A DNA stretch of 64,000 bases from Halanaerobiales bacterium (GTDB lineage Bacteria > Bacillota > Halanaerobiia > Halanaerobiales > M55B127). The stretch's first letter is position 1. The number at the start of each line of letters is the position of its first letter. The position numbers and the translations under genes are program-made. The notes below the pieces were generated by a model that did no database searches, was not told where the DNA came from, and saw nothing but the letters and a program-made list of their open reading frames with translations. Shown here piece after piece: positions 60,397-64,000 of the stretch. The stretch is from assembly GCA_018334565.1 (NCBI GenBank), contig JAGXLU010000005.1, forward strand, positions 1,244 to 65,243, written 5' to 3'.

Positions 60397-61407
60397 TTAT
60401 AAAGCTACAAGCACATGCTGTATTGAATCTTCAATCTTATCCTCGCCTGTCTTTAGTTTAACATCTGCTTTTAGAAGATTATCTAAAACATCTTTTAGTT
60501 CATCAAAACTATAATTATCTACATAACCATATATTTTTTTGACAGGATAAGGGTGTTCCCCTATTTTTTTTGCAATAGCTTTAGGTGATTTCCCGCTTTT
60601 TTTAAAATCTTTGATTAGTATCATCAGCCTTGTTCTTCTGATAATCATAGCAAAGATTAATTGTGGCGCCTCACCACTTGCGATCATCTGGTTGAACAGA
60701 TAAACACTTTTTTTTGTTTTTTTATTACTAAAGGCATCCAAAAATTCAAATATTATATTATCTTTTAAAGTTCTATCTTTTGTTATTACAGCTTTTATAT
60801 CAGATGTTTTAACCCGGCTTTTTTGATCAACGAAAGTACATATCTTATCAATTTCAGAATCAAGCTGCTGCAAATTATTGCTGAACATCTTTTCCAGCAG
60901 TCTGATCTCCTTATATCCAATATCTTTGTTTTTTTCTTCAAATTGCATCTTAATCCACTTATTTAAATCCTGATAGCGGGGAGGCTTAAGATTAATAACA
61001 TCACCGTATTTTTCTATGATGTTTTTTCTCTTATTAGTACTAATATCTTTATTAACCAATATTAATAAAACTGTAGTCTCTGGGATATCCTTCAAATAGT
61101 CCTTAAATTTTTCCCAGTTCAAAATACCCCTTTTAAAAATATTACCTGCTTTAACAATAATAAATCTTTTTTCAGACATTATAGGCAGAGTACTTCCTTT
61201 ATTTATTATGTTTTTAAATACCCCATCCTGCTCTTCTACATAACTTAAATTAAAACCTTTAACCGTTTCATCAATGTATCTATCTTTAAATTCTTTTTCA
61301 AATTTATCCAGTAGATAATTTTCTGAACCAAAAACCAGATATACATTTTTAATCTGAGATAATTCTTTTTTAAATAACTTTTCCGTCTTTTTATTCAATC
61401 CAAACAC
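60397..61407 (-). CDS. holA: DNA polymerase III subunit delta
   Basis: 336 aa. The length, the position between rpsT and comEC, and the N-terminal pattern (YLVFGSENYLLDKF) fit HolA. Sequence conservation in this family is weak. Confidence 0.8.
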   Translation of the reverse strand: MFGLNKKTEKLFKKELSQIKNVYLVFGSENYLLDKFEKEFKDRYIDETVKGFNLSYVEEQDGVFKNIINKGSTLPIMSEKRFIIVKAGNIFKRGILNWEKFKDYLKDIPETTVLLILVNKDISTNKRKNIIEKYGDVINLKPPRYQDLNKWIKMQFEEKNKDIGYKEIRLLEKMFSNNLQQLDSEIDKICTFVDQKSRVKTSDIKAVITKDRTLKDNIIFEFLDAFSNKKTKKSVYLFNQMIASGEAPQLIFAMIIRRTRLMILIKDFKKSGKSPKAIAKKIGEHPYPVKKIYGYVDNYSFDELKDVLDNLLKADVKLKTGEDKIEDSIQHVLVAL

Positions 61408-61461
61408 CCTTTTGAATTTTTATAGATTTAAATTAATTTTAACATAGATGATCAGCCTTTA

Positions 61462-63822
61462 TCAATTTAGATAGGAATTTATATTATATTTGTATCCATC
61501 GCTTTTGATCATAATAGCACCCTGCTTGTCAGTTCTCCAAACTCTAATCTGTTTATTTATTAACCTTTTTATCAACTTCGGATCAGGTTGATTAAAATAA
61601 TTATATCCTACACTTATTAAAGCTTCTTTTGGATTTACAGCTTTTAGAAAGTTATCTAAACTTGAAGTGGAACTTCCATGATGAGCAATTTTTAAAATAT
61701 CAGAACATAATTGAAGATTTGACTTATTATCTAGAATGTATTTCTCCACCTTGCCTTCTATATCACCTGTAAATAACATTGTAAATTTTTTATATTTTAA
61801 TCTAAATACGAGTGAATTATTATTCTTTTCTTTAAAATTAGGATGAACCGGTGGTGATAAAAATTTCAGCTTTACTTCATCAACTTCTAATTTTTGATCT
61901 ATATGGGCCTGAAAAACTCTTATATTCATGTCAAGAGCAATCTTTATGATGCTTTGTGCATTGGAATCCATACTATCAAAATGTTCTGAAATAATTAAAT
62001 TTTTGACAAACCCATTTTCTATTAAAAATTCTGCTCCTCCACAATGGTCATAATCAAAATGAGTGATAATAAGATAATTTATAACTTTTACATTCCTTTG
62101 TAATAAATAAGGTAAAATAGTTGTTTCTGCAATATTATTGCTTTTTGATAGTCCACCTGTATCAACAAGAATATTATTATTCTCAGGCGTTTTAATAAAT
62201 ATCGAATCACCCTGTCCTACATCCAAACAACAAATATTTAACAAATCATCATCAGGAGGTCTAAAAAAGACCATAGTTATGATAATAATAATGAGAAGTA
62301 TGTTAATATACTTTAAATATTGAGTAGTCTTTGCGTTATTTATATTTTTATTATGATATGTATAGGCTAATAAAAACAAGCTAATGTAAGTTAAAAAAAC
62401 AACGGTCGAGAGCGGAGTCGTTAAATATATTTGAGCTGAAGGTAATTTAGACATGATATTAATGCCATAATTTAAAAATGTAGTTGAAAAGTATATTAGT
62501 TTAGCAGTTATTAGACTTAATATTGGTAATATTAAATTTAACATAAAGTGTGTTAATGATAAAAATATAATAATCGAAATTAGGGGTATGGACCATAGAT
62601 TTGTAATAACACCTGCAGGTGTTATTATATTAAAATAATAAGCTGTAAGAGGTATTGAACCCAGTTGAGCCGCAATACTAACAGCCAAAATGGGATGTAA
62701 GTATTTTTTTAATATCTTTGTCCAGGCTATAATCATTAAAAGCACAATAAAACTCAGCTGTAAACCTACTGAAAACAACTGATAAGGATCAAGTAATAAT
62801 ATAAACAAAAGGGTGATTGATAATACAGAATAAATATCCAAATCGACTTCGAACTGTTTGGATAATCGAAAGAATATTACCATCAAAGAAGCCCTTAATA
62901 CAGAAGCTCTCAGTCCCGTCATGAGTGCATAAGATATTAATAATATGCTTAATATTATATTTTTAGTAAGCTGATTTAGGGAAAATATACTTAAAATAGA
63001 TAAGATAAATATAGTAATAAATCCGATATGTAAACCGGATATAGCTAATAAATGGTTGGCCCCAGCTTTTCTAAAATTGCTTTCATATCTGGGATCTAAA
63101 TTGCTTTTTTCTCCCAAAACTAAAGCTTTTATAAATTCGTTTACAGGTGGTATAATATTTTGATCAATAATATTAAGCATTCTTTCTTTTATCATAACTA
63201 TAGGAGTTGACAACAAATATTGATTACTTAATTTGTATATTTCATATACCTGAGCAGTACTATAAATATTTTGCTTTTTTAAATAATTTCGATAGGAAAA
63301 TCCACCCGGATTACTCTCCTGATCTACTTCAAATAAATCCAAATTAGCAATAACAATATCTCCATGTTTTAAATTATTTTTTAGATCGCTTTTCCAGAGT
63401 TGAATCATCCCGTATTTTACCCTATGATTATTTATTAGTATAGGCTCTAAAATTAGAGAATTTCCTTCAATTGAACGCAAATCAAACTTAATTTGGCCAA
63501 CTACCTCCACATTTTTTCCATTATAATGTATAATAGATTTTTCATTATAATAGCTTATTTCATAATAAATCATATAAAAGAAGGCAAAAATAAGTATCAT
63601 TATTAATACATAAAGTACATAATTTCTGGTATGATTGATAATAAAATAAATGAGGGAAAAACAGACAGTCAATATTATTATCAACTTACAATCCAAAAAA
63701 TAATAACCATTTATTAAACCAATCACAAAAAATATACCTGCTTTTATTATAAAATTTTTTTTAAAAAACAAACTCTTAACCCCTTGTGTTTTATTTTTTT
63801 TAAAACAATAATAAAAAGACAA
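61462..63822 (-). CDS. comEC: DNA internalisation competence protein ComEC/Rec2
   Basis: 786 aa. It has N-terminal TM helices with an OB-like DUF4131 region, a polytopic competence domain (AGANHLLAISGLHIG) and a C-terminal MBL domain (DVGQGDS, ITHFDYDHCGG). The TTG start is assumed from the track. Confidence 0.92.
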   Translation of the reverse strand: MSFYYCFKKNKTQGVKSLFFKKNFIIKAGIFFVIGLINGYYFLDCKLIIILTVCFSLIYFIINHTRNYVLYVLIMILIFAFFYMIYYEISYYNEKSIIHYNGKNVEVVGQIKFDLRSIEGNSLILEPILINNHRVKYGMIQLWKSDLKNNLKHGDIVIANLDLFEVDQESNPGGFSYRNYLKKQNIYSTAQVYEIYKLSNQYLLSTPIVMIKERMLNIIDQNIIPPVNEFIKALVLGEKSNLDPRYESNFRKAGANHLLAISGLHIGFITIFILSILSIFSLNQLTKNIILSILLISYALMTGLRASVLRASLMVIFFRLSKQFEVDLDIYSVLSITLLFILLLDPYQLFSVGLQLSFIVLLMIIAWTKILKKYLHPILAVSIAAQLGSIPLTAYYFNIITPAGVITNLWSIPLISIIIFLSLTHFMLNLILPILSLITAKLIYFSTTFLNYGINIMSKLPSAQIYLTTPLSTVVFLTYISLFLLAYTYHNKNINNAKTTQYLKYINILLIIIIITMVFFRPPDDDLLNICCLDVGQGDSIFIKTPENNNILVDTGGLSKSNNIAETTILPYLLQRNVKVINYLIITHFDYDHCGGAEFLIENGFVKNLIISEHFDSMDSNAQSIIKIALDMNIRVFQAHIDQKLEVDEVKLKFLSPPVHPNFKEKNNNSLVFRLKYKKFTMLFTGDIEGKVEKYILDNKSNLQLCSDILKIAHHGSSTSSLDNFLKAVNPKEALISVGYNYFNQPDPKLIKRLINKQIRVWRTDKQGAIMIKSDGYKYNINSYLN

Positions 63823-63823
63823 T

Positions 63824-64000
63824 TCATTTGGGAGGAATAATTATTTTATCATTATCGTATAGTTTTTGTTCTAAATCCACTTTTGACAAATCAGCATCAT
63901 TTTTTAAAATTATGTACTCATCAATCAGCCTTTTTACCTTAATACCAGAAATAATTTCATGAAAACCAGGGTTCTTTACAGCCCCACCAACCTGTATCTC
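63824..64000 (-). CDS. SLBB-domain protein, ComEA-like C-terminal 58 codons (gene runs off the right edge); ends without helix-hairpin-helix domain
   Basis: My own translation gives EIQVGGAVKNPGFHEIISGIKVKRLIDEYIILKNDADLSKVDLEQKLYDNDKIIIPPK, with a stop at 63826-63824. The pattern V.GAV..PG...(x)...IP matches the SLBB module of ComEA. It lies 2 nt upstream of the comEC start. Confidence 0.6.
   Translation of the reverse strand, partial: EIQVGGAVKNPGFHEIISGIKVKRLIDEYIILKNDADLSKVDLEQKLYDNDKIIIPPK

Overview
This is a visibly AT-rich, very gene-dense chromosomal segment that looks like core housekeeping DNA of a low-GC Firmicute-type anaerobe. I support 58 protein genes, 57 on the minus strand and only rpsT on the plus strand. 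I also support three minus-strand RNA genes that the ORF track cannot show: RNase P RNA (rnpB), a probable 6S RNA, and one tRNA with a CAU anticodon. From my memory of Bacillus subtilis, the gene order is close to gene-for-gene with two of its regions. The left part runs mnmA, Rrf2 regulator, rarA, 6S, aspS-hisS, dtd-relA-apt-recJ, secDF, yajC-tgt-queA-ruvBA(+ruvC). The right part runs nif3/yqfO, sigA-dnaG, glyQS-recO, era-cdd, ybeY-yqfF-phoH, floA-nfeD, mtaB-rsmE-dnaJ-dnaK-grpE-hrcA-hemW-lepA, rpsT, holA-comEC. Many proteins carry long Asp/Glu-rich tails, which suggests a salt-in halophile such as Halanaerobiales; this is inference only. I found no CRISPR array, transposase, integrase, phage block or rRNA, and no convincing multi-gene novel system, so most of the window is ordinary. 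The best lead is the roughly 650-bp ORF-poor spacer between rnpB and nif3. It holds a near-consensus plus-strand promoter and an intrinsic terminator bounding a ~50-nt RNA. That RNA is exactly antisense to the Shine-Dalgarno site and start codon of an unannotated 57-codon partly hydrophobic minus-strand ORF, which has its own promoter and a long leader (a type I toxin-antitoxin-like layout). Secondary leads are listed here:
- ccpN is fused to glpX, and ppdK sits in the slot where Bacillus has ccpN-yqfL.
- The 264-bp era-deoC gap has a broken coding-like frame.
- An 11-codon uORF abuts the 5-formyl-THF cyclo-ligase start just downstream of 6S.
- The rpsT control region contains a 22-bp perfect palindrome and TTGCAA repeats.
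- An SLBB-only ComEA-like ORF lies upstream of comEC.
- There is no room for T-box leaders upstream of glyQS or hisS-aspS.
All coordinates and motifs were read by eye from the sequence, and none has been checked against a database.
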